Assembly (NCBI GenBank): GCA_907165135.1
Contig: OU015567.1
Coordinates: 12,400,001 to 12,464,000, forward strand
Direction of reading: 5' to 3'
Length of the DNA: 64,000 nucleotides
From: Oikopleura dioica
Lineage: Eukaryota > Animalia > Chordata
Shown here piece by piece: positions 49,168 through 61,400 of the stretch; position 1 is the stretch's first letter; the number at the start of each line of letters is the position of its first letter. The position numbers and the translations under genes were made by a program. Below the pieces are notes generated by a model that was not told the origin of the DNA, made no database searches, and saw only the letters and a program-made list of their open reading frames with translations.

Positions 49168-50383
49168 ATGTGGCTCGGATATGATGTCAGGGATAACTCG
49201 ACCGCGGTGTTTGCTCCGCCACAGAGGAAATCTGCAGATGTCTTAAAAATTCGGAGACCACCAGTTGGATGCTCGACTAACCGACTGATAAGAGTTCGAA
49301 AAACCATCCGCAGGCTTATATAATTTTCACCAAAAGTCGAGAGTGCAGTTGTTTGCCTTATCATCTTTTTCGAACTTTGAATTTTGATCGTCGATGTGGA
49401 AAACGATCCAAATGTGAGCATTACAACTGCTGAGTACTTTCCCCGCGCTGAAATCGTCAATAAATCGGACTTGAAGCCGATCACTTCTCGTCGTACCGAT
49501 CTCTACCACCATGAAAAAGTCAAGCTGTTTCAGGACATTGATAGTGCTATCAACAAATCTCGAGCGCTTGTCGACAGCCTCGAAAAACTCCCAGAAACGG
49601 GATCGGATCTGATTGAAATCGACTTTGACGAGGATGGCCATCGAAAATTGACGGAGGCGAGTTACACTGCGATGCCGTACAAAGTTTCGGTTCGCTCAAC
49701 GCTCCCGCCAAAGATTCGCGTCAATGGCCAGCGACCGGAGATTACTAGAAAGTCTCTTGGAAGCAAGGAATACCACTTAGAACGGCGCCAGCCGGAGGTG
49801 ACGCTGTCTTATGACGATAGAAGGCCGTGGAAAGTTGCTTTTCACGGGGAAATCTCGAGTATCCGAAGTATTTGGAAAAGAAACACGGAGAACGTGGAAT
49901 CAGTAAGTGTCAGTGGAATGACCTCAGGAAGCTTATGGTTAATTTAAAGATAGATATTTCCGCACGCGCAAAATGGAGGAAGCTGAGGAAAGTCTACGGG
50001 CGGAGAAACGAGTCGGATGGGACGATGTTTCGGACGAATACAGGAAGGAACTCAAGAGGCAGTCCGAAATGAGACGTCTCCAAGGCCCATCAGAAAAGGT
50101 CAGTGATTCACTCTCTCTCTCTGTAGACGCATTCCTTTAGTAATCTAAGGTAGTTCTTGTCAAGGAATCTGGTCTGTCCCACCTTTTCTCGCTCCTTTAT
50201 TTCGCAGCTTTATGCGCTAGAATCCAGTTTCAAGCTTGAATTTTCTAGTGGTGGGAGCTGACAACACCGGAATTTCATTACAACCACCACAAAGCCCTGG
50301 ACGCTGAGCGAAGATGTTCCAGCCAGGCTGAAACTTACCGCCGTGGGCTCAAGAAAAACTCCGACCTTTTCTGGACTTACTAA
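49168..50383 (+). CDS. Hypothetical multi-exon protein; 5' structure unresolved
   Basis: Long open frame 49384-49947, then exons reading YFRTRKMEEAEESLRAEKRVGWDDVSDEYRKELKRQSEMRRLQGPSEK and WWELTTPEFHYNHHKALDAERRC...DLFWTY*. One frame discontinuity near 49840. Confidence 0.4.
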
Positions 50384-51364
50384 ACTATTTTTAAAAGTTC
50401 ATTTCACTTTCTCTCATTTATCGTTTTAGTTTTCCGAATCAATCAGTTCCAAAATGTCAAATCTTCCAGTTGCCTTTTCCAGATTCTTTTTATTCAAATT
50501 GAGGCGCTAATCCGTAAGGTGCACACCTATGTTTTTGACCAGATTATTCTATTTTCCATTTACAAAGTACTTTTGTAGCGACAAGTCCTAGACACGAGTT
50601 TTGTCTCTTTTCCGAAAAATATTGCTCTCTAATGTAGATTTGGCAGATCAAGCAGATTCTTCAGATACATACATTTCATTTTTTGATAAAGAAGATAAAA
50701 GAGAGATTTTATGCTCGCAGTTCGAAAATATGGCACAAATGCGAACGAACAGGCTTTTTACTGGCTAAGTAAGGCTTTCGAAATCAATTTTTCCTAATAG
50801 AAAGGCATCCTCAACTGCCCGGAAATTCAAGCGGAATTTACGATCAAATTGATGATAAAATATCTTGTTTTTCATAGTAAGAGTAGATAGATTAGAAGAC
50901 TTCAGGCAAAATGATTTTATCCAGAATGAAATTTAAACCCGCGGATTATCGAAAAAGTAAGTTTTGCCCAATAAATATGCTGATTTGGTTAGTTTTTGAG
51001 AGTTCTCCTATAAAGGGCCCCTTTTGACCAAATTATTTGTCAGCATTTCTTAATAAATTTTCTTTATTTGCAAAATTAGTGTTTCTTTGTTTGGAGGAAA
51101 TAATTTTTTTGATCTCGAATCGGCTCGAACATAATGAGTCTTCGAGAAATCTGCCCATTAGGAGAGAATATTTCCCCCATTAGAGAGCTTTAGTCTGGGA
51201 AAAGGCGCAATACATTTTCTTGTCTAGACATCCTTTTTCCTGCTGTTTGAATCATTTTACTTCATATATTACCCTTTCTTTTTCTATAAAAATATTATTT
51301 TTGTATTCCAATGTTTGGCGTTTTTCGCTCAAAAAGAGATTTAGACCGGCTGATCAGAGAACCT

Positions 51365-54300
51365 ATGGATAATGAGGAGGAGGAATTTTTCGACGACAAT
51401 GACAGCGATGTTTTAGACAATGAAATCGGAAGTCGACACAACTTTCAAAGGTATTTTATCATAATCAAGGAAGCCCCCATGTTGATTATGCTTTTAGCAT
51501 CAATGTGTATAGCTATTTGCTTCCAAATGGCGAAGCACTCTTGAGCCAGGCCGACCAGCTCTTCAAAAAGCTTCTTGACGACTTTCACCGATGCATCGCG
51601 GTGAACGAGATCCGACCCGGTCTGGTCCGCTGCGACCGGCAGCTCCGGGACTACATCGCCGAGTTCAACTTTCGCTTCACCAAGGAGCAGCATCTCCTAT
51701 TGATCAAACTCTATTACAATCTTATCACCTCGGACAACATCGATCCCTACTTCATTATGGTAAGCAAGCATCCTCCCCTCCTTGTCTTTATCAAGCAATT
51801 TAGGTGTTCTGTTCGACTTTTACTCGGCTAATGCGACATCCAGCGCTAATATCGCGAAAAGAACTCGAACTAGACTGGCGACCGATGCACAAGATTTACA
51901 AAAATGCGACCCACAATCCAAAGGCTAATAGAATGCTCATTATTTATCCCTATCGATACACCTCTTCTATCAAAGGCCAGTTTTTCACAATTTTATTCGT
52001 TTTCCAATATTTAACCAAGTTCAACGCAGTCAATTGAAATTTAATTTTTCATCAAACATTTGTCTATCTATCGTTCTCCTCCAAAAAGTTTAATTTGTTG
52101 AAAAACTCCTCAAAAGCGGCCTGTCGCGTGGCCCGTCGATACTATCCAGGGTGGGTTACACTGTTCGCCTTTCAAAGCGCACTCATTCTGGCCTCACACC
52201 CGTGCTCCTGTGGCGCAATCGGTTAGCGCGCTGTACTTATAGACATGAGAAATGCGGAGGTTGTGAGTTCGAGCCTCACCAGGAGCAAAGTTTTTTCACC
52301 GTCTAATTACAGTCAGATCTTCGCGTTTTCGGCATTTTTTCCCTTGAAAACCGAGTTTTCCCCTTTTCATTTTTAATTTTTTGAATTTAATTAATTATGT
52401 AACCACAAACAAGCAAATGTGACTCAAGCAATTATCGATGAATTCATGCCCATGTTCTGCACCGCTTCTTCGGACGGAGGAACTGATGCAAACAACGAAG
52501 ACGCACTCACAGGTCAGGGTTCTTATCACCATCGCCGCTGGGGGCGCTATTTGAATTATGTAATATTTACGCCGCGCGCGAGCCCTCGCTTTTCTGAACC
52601 CTTTTTGCCAGGTCTTATGACATTCCTTCCTATCCGCCTGTATCCCGAAGAAATACCTCTGTCCGTCGACCTCTGGCTACCGAAGCTTATGAACATTTGG
52701 ATGAAGCTAGACCAGAGCAAGCGCTGGGAAAAGTCAATAATCGCGCCTCTTATCCAACAGGTGTCCCTTGCAAATATAGGCTACGTGAATCTGCAACCGT
52801 GGTACCCAGAAATTTTCAACAAGATTTTGCGCTCCTTCGAGCTCCAAGTCGGCGAAGCGTGGTCGAAATGGCGGCCAGCATTAGCACCGATTTCCAGCAA
52901 CATTGCTCCTGGTTTCATCATCTCTTTCATCGGCGGAGAAAGGCCAGAAGCACAGGAAGCATTTGCTTACTTTGAACAAATGCTTGATGCTGTGGCAACT
53001 TACGTCCATCCTTCAAACCATGGAAAATGGACAGAAAAGCTCCTCCAATTCCTCGACACCACCACACAGCAGCTCATCAAACGAATTGCTAACGAACGAC
53101 ACCGAAGAAGACCAAACTGGATCCCCCTGCCACCAGAAGATCGTCGAATCACCGACGCAGACATCGACCGCTACGCTAATTTGATCCAGCCACTTGCCAT
53201 GACAGCGCTTTTCAACAAAGCAGGACCGCACTTCGCTGCGAATATTTTGCAGTTTTTGGCGATCGCAAGGCCAAAGAGGATTCTTCCCGATTTGATCAGT
53301 CGCTGCCAGATTGCTTTCAATTCTCTTACGGAGCCACATCAAGCGTCGAGTTGTATTTATGCGCTTGTTTCTCAGATTTCGATTATTCTCAGCCACGATG
53401 TGTCGGATGACACTCGATTAAGTCTCATGCCGCTCCTGCAAGATCTTATCCCCAGTATTGACATTAACGATCAAGCAAAAGCAAATTGGGTGCTCTACCT
53501 TTTCGACTTCGTGTTCACCAATTCCTTCCTGGAGGACTGCTCAAGTTTTATCGGCGACGATGGTTTGAGCGAGCGAGATGACAAGCTCATTCGACAAAGT
53601 ATGATGATCGAAGATCTCTTCTGGAGCTACTGGGAGCAGAAACTCAAGTACATTTCCGCATGCAATTCACAGAAGGAGACTTCCGGCGAAGGCTCCCAAG
53701 TGCAGTTGATAAAAGCAGACTTGGATACAATCATGCATGTTGGCTACACTCCCGCTATTGCTGCTTGTGGCGACGCTCTTTTCGAACCGCTTTTGCGCAA
53801 GATTTTCCACTATTGCAAAGAAAATGTATATGGAGACACTACTGCCGCTTTTATGACGACGAACTTGGTCCAGTCTCTTGTGGTAAGAGATGCGGAGAAA
53901 ACTCTCTCGCTGTTCTTTCCTTGGCTGTATAAAAAGATAAAAGACATCAAACGAGACAACCCAGAAGTCATCGTCGACGAGTTCCATATGGACATTGAGC
54001 TTCAGTGGTCGCTAATTCTTCTTGTCGACCTCATCGTTGCTGCTGGAGAGTCAATCTTGCCTTACATGGACAAGCTGACTGAAATACTCGACATCGTTAA
54101 AGACATCCGTATCGTCACTGGAATGAAACTTGTTTGCAAACTCCACTCGTTCATCATTACCACTCTTGCTGGAACACATATTTACCGACGAAACCAACGC
54201 TTAGCTACTCTCAAGACAGAGGATCGATCCATACCATCCGTAACTCGCTGGGGCTCATTGTATCGAATTAAAGAAGCGAAAGAACTTCTTGGGTGGCATC

Positions 54301-57300
54301 GTCCGACTCAGCCCGAGCTCGATATGGTTGTGAAAATTTTCGAAACACGGCTCCAGCCTTGTATTGACAAGCTGAATGAAATGGCTGAAACTGGAGTGGA
54401 TCTTGTCGTCATGAAGCAGCAGATCGCCGTGATTATCGGTTGCCTCGCTGGAATCATGAATTCAGTTAGATTCAACCACGGTGAGCAACTGCCAACAGTA
54501 GAAGGATATGAAAGTGTTCTTTCCGAAAAGATGAACACACTCAACACCACTCAGGAGCCCTATTTAACGGAAAAGCTTGCCCACGTCCCTCAAAAAGTCT
54601 TTCACGCCTTGAAGAATGTCCTCTCGAAACTTGAAGAAGAAAAGAACATTTCCGACCACAGAACGATGCATTGGATTCTATTGGCAATGAATTTCAGTTT
54701 CAACTTCCGACCAAAGATGTTTGTACATTTTCCCCATCACGTCGACCATTATAAACGACTATATGGCCTCTACCGCTTGCAGCAACATAAACGATACCCA
54801 TTCGCAATTATTGAAGTTCGAGTTTACAACGACCTCGTTTGCAAAAGACCATACCAGTACGACTACAATTATTTTACGCAAAACCATTTAGGTAAGCTCA
54901 ATCATATATACTCCTTTTTATCCGTTTTTCTTCAGATTACCTCAATATTCTTGTGAAGTACGCACAAAGTCCCTTCACGCGCATTCGAAAAATTGTCCAA
55001 AACGAATTTTCCAAGCTTTTCAAATGCAAAACCGTGACGAACATATGCGGGCAGCACATGCAAGGACGCCACGAAATCTTCCTCAACAACATCACTTCCA
55101 CCCTCGAAAGCCAGAGCTCCGAGAAATACCAATCCATCGAAGAGCAAGGTAAGCCAGAAGAAAATGGCACATCCTCAGGCGATGATGTGGAAATGCTCGA
55201 AGACATTACGAATCTGGACGACGCTGGATTAATAAATCTGCTAGCTAATTTAAAGAAAGAAGAACTGGCGGACGCCAAATACAAGCCCTTCGTCGACAAG
55301 CTGCGAACTGACAAAAACCTGCTAAAAGCCTTTCAAAGTGCTACGACTCGCAACGCGCGCGCCTCCGAGTCGGAGAAAATGGATACGACCGAGCTGCCTG
55401 ATCAAGCAACAGAGCTGGAAACGCACAAAACGCTGAAAGGTGCTCTTTATCTCCTCGACCTCTCTAAAAATGGCCACTCGTACACTTTCCTTGCGCATTC
55501 CCATGATTACAGCCTTTGCAAGAGAATTTGGCCCATGGTGCTAAAAGTACGATGCGACAAGAAATCTGTCAACGACTTGGTGATGCATGTGTTTAAAAAT
55601 ATCATGGACAACTACTCCACAATGCTCTTTGACAACAAACTCGACAACGACGTCATCGAAACGATCAGACAACTTTCATCCCTTTCACTCACCGCCGAAG
55701 AAATTTCCGCATCAAACGAGCGCAAAGTTCGAGCTGCTGAGAATCGTAAAAACGACCACCAAGCGTTGAAACACGAGCTCCGCGAGTTGTGCTCGGATGA
55801 ACGGCTCAGCTGGACGCGACGCAAACTGTGCTACACTTTGTTCGCCAAATTCATGGTTCGGCTTGACGTCGAGATCGAACCAGCCGATGTGGAATTGCTC
55901 GCCCGTGAGCTGACAAATGAGCAACCCAAGTGGCGCTTGGGAGCTTTTACGTACGTCCAAACTGCCCTTCATAAAATTAAGCGAGTGCGACCACGAGAAT
56001 ATCTAAAAAGGGATGAAGTTTCGGGCCTTCCCACGATGGAAAAACTTCTGTACCGAAATGCTTTTAGAACGGAAGAAGATTGGAACAACGAGACTTATTA
56101 TTCAAATAGAAGTCATCTTGGATACACGACCTGGACAACAACGGTGAAAAAATACGCTCCCATCGATGAGAAAAACCCTTCTACGTATCCCAAGAACTCT
56201 GAAGACGTCACTGACATCGAGATGCCACTTTGGAAGAGAATCACAGATCCAGTTTGGGTAGCCACTGTAGCTGACCAACTTGCCCATTGGGACAAGAATG
56301 AGAAAAACCACGAGTCTTACATGCGACAGACCAATTGTTTCTTCATCAATTTGTTCCGTAATTTTGGCCCTGAAGCTGTCGAGCCTTGGATTGCTTGGGT
56401 AGAAAAGCTGATAGTTCACACAGAGACGCGATCAGTTCGAGTTGCCATCATCATTTGGGCGGCTATTGTCACTTGTATGAACCATTGGCCGGCATCGAAG
56501 GCGTTCCATTATCAGAGATGGGCAGTGTCCATTTTGGATAGAGCTATTGGTAGGTTCTACTCATAAATTCGAGATGATAAGACTTTTATAGCTGGTGTGG
56601 CGGAAGAGCTGAAACTATTCTGGGAGCGAACGATTGAAAACTTCACGAGTTCAAGGTATTTCAAGAACGCTTTTTCCCTGTTTATCGTATATTTTAGAGA
56701 TATCCGCCAGTACGCAATTATCTACGACTATTTATTGGATACGTCAAGGCTTCTGCAGGAGAATACATCATTATCGAACGAATTCAGACTCACACTGGTG
56801 CGAAAATGTGTCTCTCAAGGAATAAGTTGGAAAGCGCCAGAGTTCAGGACAAAGTAAGGGGAGATAACTGTAAAAAATCAAATAATTTCTTTCAGGATCT
56901 TTGAATGGATAATGACGAATCCATCTGTGTTGGCCAACGACTACCATATGATCCGTGCTGCTGTTGGCCAGCTGATCTTCTCGACCCTCATTTGGAAAGA
57001 CAGAGAAACCGCGAGCAAAGAGAATCCATTTGCCCATCAAGCGATAGTCGACATTTTCGAAAAATACCAAAATGCTGATACAGAAGAAGCAAAGAACATC
57101 TTTAACACGATGCTTTTTACGCTGAACAAAATTATCGCTTTTGGACTGCCTGGAACTTGGAAGTGGCTTGGAGTTCTGTTGAAAGAAACGGGGCAGGCGG
57201 AATTCTCAGATGACTCCGATCGCGATAAAATGACTCGCTGTTTAGTTGGTAAGAATACTTTTCTCCCTCCTCCAAAACATTATTCTCTTCAAAAACAACC

Positions 57301-58052
57301 GCAAGCATTACTTTTTTCTAGCTTTGGCGCAGAGTTATCAAAACAGAGAAGTTGTAGCTCATGGAATCGATGTCATGTCACAATGTGCTTCTAAGGAGTC
57401 CTGGCAAGTTCGTCTGACCCTTCTCAAGTAGGCATTTTATGATCAACATGTTCTCATGATATTTGAAGGCTTTTGCAACGAGTTCTCTTCCGAAACTTCT
57501 TCCTGAATCAAGTTCATTCTGCAAAGATCGAAAAGCTCGTTTTTGGCATGTTGGATGATGCGAGGACGGAAGTAAGAGAGTGCGCGGGCCGTACTCTCAG
57601 TGGTCTGTTCCGATGTAAAGTGATCAAGCCTGGTGATGAACAGAGAATTTACTTTACCAAAAAGCTAAAAGAAGGAAAGACGGATATTGAGAGAGATTCA
57701 GCTGTTCTTGGTCTCGAAGCTTTGATTGGAAGCGCTCCTTACGAGTAAGACGAAAATTTTCAAGGATTTTTTATTAAAAATATTTTAGTGTTCCAACCTG
57801 GCTTCCAAAAACTATAGAGCCCCTTTGCCACGCGGCTAGCACGAGTAAAAACTCTCCATCGAAAGTTAGCGCCCAACGAGCACTGAGAGAATTCAAACAC
57901 ACTCATCACGACCAGTGGGAGGAGCATCAGCACAAGGTGAGATTCTAGATTTCTGAGTGCCAACCGATTTGCTTACATCTCATTTTTAGTTCAATGATGA
58001 GCAGAGGCACATGTTAACGGATATTCTTGTTTCACCGAGTTACTACGCTTAG
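51365..58052 (+). CDS. PSME4: Proteasome activator PA200/Blm10
   Basis: ELELDWRPM, YVHPSNHGKWT, PSIDINDQAK, VPTWLP, and the diagnostic C-terminus EFKHTHHDQWEEH...ILVSPSYYA*. Confidence 0.92.
51976..52116 (+). other. GC-AG intron with terminal stem (PSME4 intron 3)
   Basis: Arms 51979-51990 agtttttcacaa and 52095-52107 ttgttgaaaaact give 12 bp plus a 1-nt bulge. Restores the remembered spacing between the YP and YYP motifs. Confidence 0.75.
52204..52287 (+). tRNA. tRNA-Ile(UAU) with a 10-nt intron (52242-52251), nested in PSME4 intron 4
   Basis: GCTCCTG/CAGGAGC acceptor stem, A box TGGCGCAATCGG, anticodon loop CT-TAT-A, T arm GTGAGTTCGAGCCTCAC. C32 can pair with the antepenultimate intron G. 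Confidence 0.95.
52291..52296 (+). terminator. Pol III terminator (T6) of tRNA-Ile
   Basis: TTTTTT begins 4 nt after the discriminator base. Confidence 0.65.
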
Positions 58053-58442
58053 TCGCGTATATGACTCTTTCTTTTCTATTTTATTTTCAATTACTATTCC
58101 TTTATGATATTAAGAAAATTGAAACAATTTCTGTAAAGTTCCTGAAATTTCAAATTTTAATTTTTTCCAGAATGAAGTTTATTTTTATCAAATCTTACTG
58201 TTGATGTTGGTGTTCCACGCAATCAACCACTAGTTGATTCAGCTAGTTAAAAATAATATTTATAAAAATATACAGTTAATCATTTATTGAAATTTTTACA
58301 TGTATTTGATTTGCAAAAACTCCTGTTTTGTTGAATTTAATTTCTTCAAGTTCATCCATCAATTTCATGTTTACTGGAAAAGAAACTATCACAGACACTT
58401 ATACCAACTTTTCTCAAATACGAAAACCTTCAGAAATGATAG

Positions 58443-61400
58443 ATGGCCTCAGTTGGGATAAAAGAAATTGTTCGAAACGCGGAAAAACGCTCTCCAACCG
58501 AACATGAGAACTTTCTGGTCTCGAACTACGTCTCTAGGATTATTCAAAACACCTGGAGTGCAATTGAAAAAGCGGAATCGAAACGCGCCAAGCCACTGCA
58601 TGAAAACTCGAGCTTGAATATCAGGTAGTTCTCTTTCTTGATTTCGATTGTTAAACAAGCGTTCTTTCAGCAATAATGTACCGGACATATCAAAAATCTC
58701 TCCTATCCCATTTCACTACAACAATTCGAAGAAAGGGAGAGCATCGCCAAGGTGGGTTTCGGAATTGGTTGGGAAATCTTGCTCCCGCTCTCTCTGATCT
58801 TGAAAATATAACCCCATTGTATCATACATGTATGAATAGAGCTTTTAAAGGTCTAGCAACTCTGCATTGGAATTCCCAATATATGAAATATTATCTGTTT
58901 TATCGGAGTTTTACCTTCAAAACTGGGTTGCATTTTTGAAAACTGAAGAGTGCCAGGCATGAATTTAGATTTGATTTTAATATTTTAAACGCCTGAAAAC
59001 CGGCAATTTTTGGATGATTGGACATTTTCATGCTGAGTTTATTTATCTGAGGTAGATGTTAAAAATCTGATTGTTAATTTTGGTGAAAAACCCATCATTT
59101 AGATAAAAATTGGTAAAGAAAAACCGGAAATTTCTAGAGATATCGAAAATTCCAATGCAGAGTTTGTAGAGCTAGAAAAGCTCTTTCGATACATGTGTTA
59201 TATGATGGGGGTTAATCAGAAAAGTTCGGAGCTATAGCCGAAGCAAGATTTCCCAACCAATTCCGAAACCCTCCCAAGAGGCCCACGAGTTTCTTCGCCA
59301 CTCAAACAAGCTCGAAGAACTGGAGGGTGAGCTTATTTTTATCGACTTTTGTCGACTCAATTGTTCAGAAATGTTTGGCCAAAGCAAAATGGCAGCGTCA
59401 CCGAATCGGTCAGCTTGTCCGAGTTTATCATCACTAAGAAGACCAAAAACAAAAAGCACGAGCGTAAAAGGCAAGAATAGGTAATCGGTTAACAATTGAC
59501 CAAAATTTAGTGTGCCATTAAAAACAACTGCCATGAGAGCGATGAGCTTCGGTGACTCGCCACCAAAAGCTCCAAGCTCGCAGCGAGGGCTGTCCACGAC
59601 ACTCGACAGATTTGATACCCCTGAGCTACCTCCCCAGGATCGCGATCTTCTTGACCAAGAACGCCAGCTCATTTTACAGATTCGTGGCGCTCAAAACGAA
59701 GTTAAAGAGGTCAAGACGAAAATAAACACTGGTTCTCTTCCAGTTATCTTGCCAAAAGAAGAAGTCGATCGGCCGCCTATTGAAGTCTGCTCATGTCATG
59801 GCTGTTTCGTCCAAACACTTCTTCAATCATCTGTTAAAGTTTCTGCAGATTGCGACCGAAGGATTTATTCTACTGTACGAATATTCGCCAATCATCTCAA
59901 GTCATCGATAAACTTGAGTTTTATCTCTACTTTACAAAGGCCGGGGTTCGTAATATATTCATTTTGTCTTCCAGTAGAAGACTTCCACCGAATTCAATTT
60001 TCTCAACCCTATTCAAGTATTTTGAGCTTTTTCATAACAAAAGACAACGCCTCGCTTAACACCTTGGAACTCTCCAGCTTTGATCCTGAATGCATTGTGA
60101 CTACTATCGAAGACATTTTTCTTTTGGTGCTATTTGTCATCTCCGACTTACCACAGACCCTCATCGCCGTCCTCTCCCCTTGTACCGCTCGTGCCTTATC
60201 CCGCAAAATCGAAATGGTTGACAGTTCAAGCAATACCACTTTAAAAGAGAAGCTCAGGATCTTTTCTCAATCCCTCGACAAAATTACCTCAAAACACGAC
60301 GACTCATCTCAGGAATCTAAAAAATACGTATTTCGCCATGTTCTCAAGCCCAGCACTGTTGATCACGATCAACTTCAAAAGAAGGAAAACTTTCTCAACA
60401 CGGACACTTTTGCTGCGCTTAGGAAGCAGCGAGACGAGATTTTCCACATTTTTCGAATTTGGCAGAAGAATCATTCAGATCCAGATTGGAACTGTGATTT
60501 GCATATTGGCTCCAGAATTCGCTGCTTGGTGCACTCTGTAAATGTTTCCGGCAACACCATGGCCTTCAGCCGACTTTTTATGTTGATCCTTCTTGATTCG
60601 TTTATCGAGCAGCAAACGGAATCCAGCCCTAGTCCAGACTGCTCCCTAAACAGCTCCCAGCTAGACTTGTTCAAGCTTATCTCTGACTTTGATGTTATGA
60701 CTCTTGTGAAAGAAGGCAATGCAAGAAAACTCGCAGTTCTTGAACAACGGTTCTATCAAAACTCAAAAACAAACGCCTCGAAACACGCGACATCAGCTGA
60801 CAACCAGGAAGACGGATCGTTTTTCCCTGGTTCCCAGTCATTCTTCCAAAGCTTTTTGGTCATTTCTGGCTGCGCAAGGCTTCACACACATCTTTTGGAC
60901 TTGATGTTCGATTCGCTGGGGAAGATGATCGACCAGATAAAGCATTTAGGAAAGGTTTTTATGCAGCGCAGAAACAGTAAAACTTTTTTTGCAGTGAAGA
61001 CTCCATTATTTCTTATACAGCAGTTTCTTTATTTGCCCGAGTAAAAGAAACTGGTAAGGGTTGTTTCCTTATCAGTTTCTGTAGTAAACTGCGCATGAAA
61101 ATGTACAGTTTGAATTTGAACTCGGGTACATCAAAGCTGCACATATGCCGTCGGACTCATAACCCGCAAAACTCCAGGGTTCATGTTCCATGGCTTTACT
61201 TGATCTTATTTGATCCGAGTGAACCACTGATGTTCTCTTGGAAATGAGAAAAGAACGAATCTGAATGGCCGTGATGATTTCGGTCGGATGCTACATTTTC
61301 CCAAATTTTAAACTTGACAAGTTTTATTTGTCCCCAAAGTTCGCATCCGTTTCCGTGAAATTCGCATTGATAAAATTAACCGCGCAATAAAAATCTTGAC

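Larger units (their letters stand above)
52150..52413 (+). other. GG-AG intron with terminal stem, hosting tRNA-Ile (PSME4 intron 4)
   Basis: Phase 1 is required (YYP-A-NVTQ); the GT at +2 would break the frame. Arms 52151-52160 gtgggttaca and 52398-52406 tgtaaccac. Confidence 0.75.

Noticed and set aside
51013-51030. Short similarity to the MITE interior (aaagggcc-ttttg)
   Set aside because: Too short and AT-rich, with no TIR or TSD.
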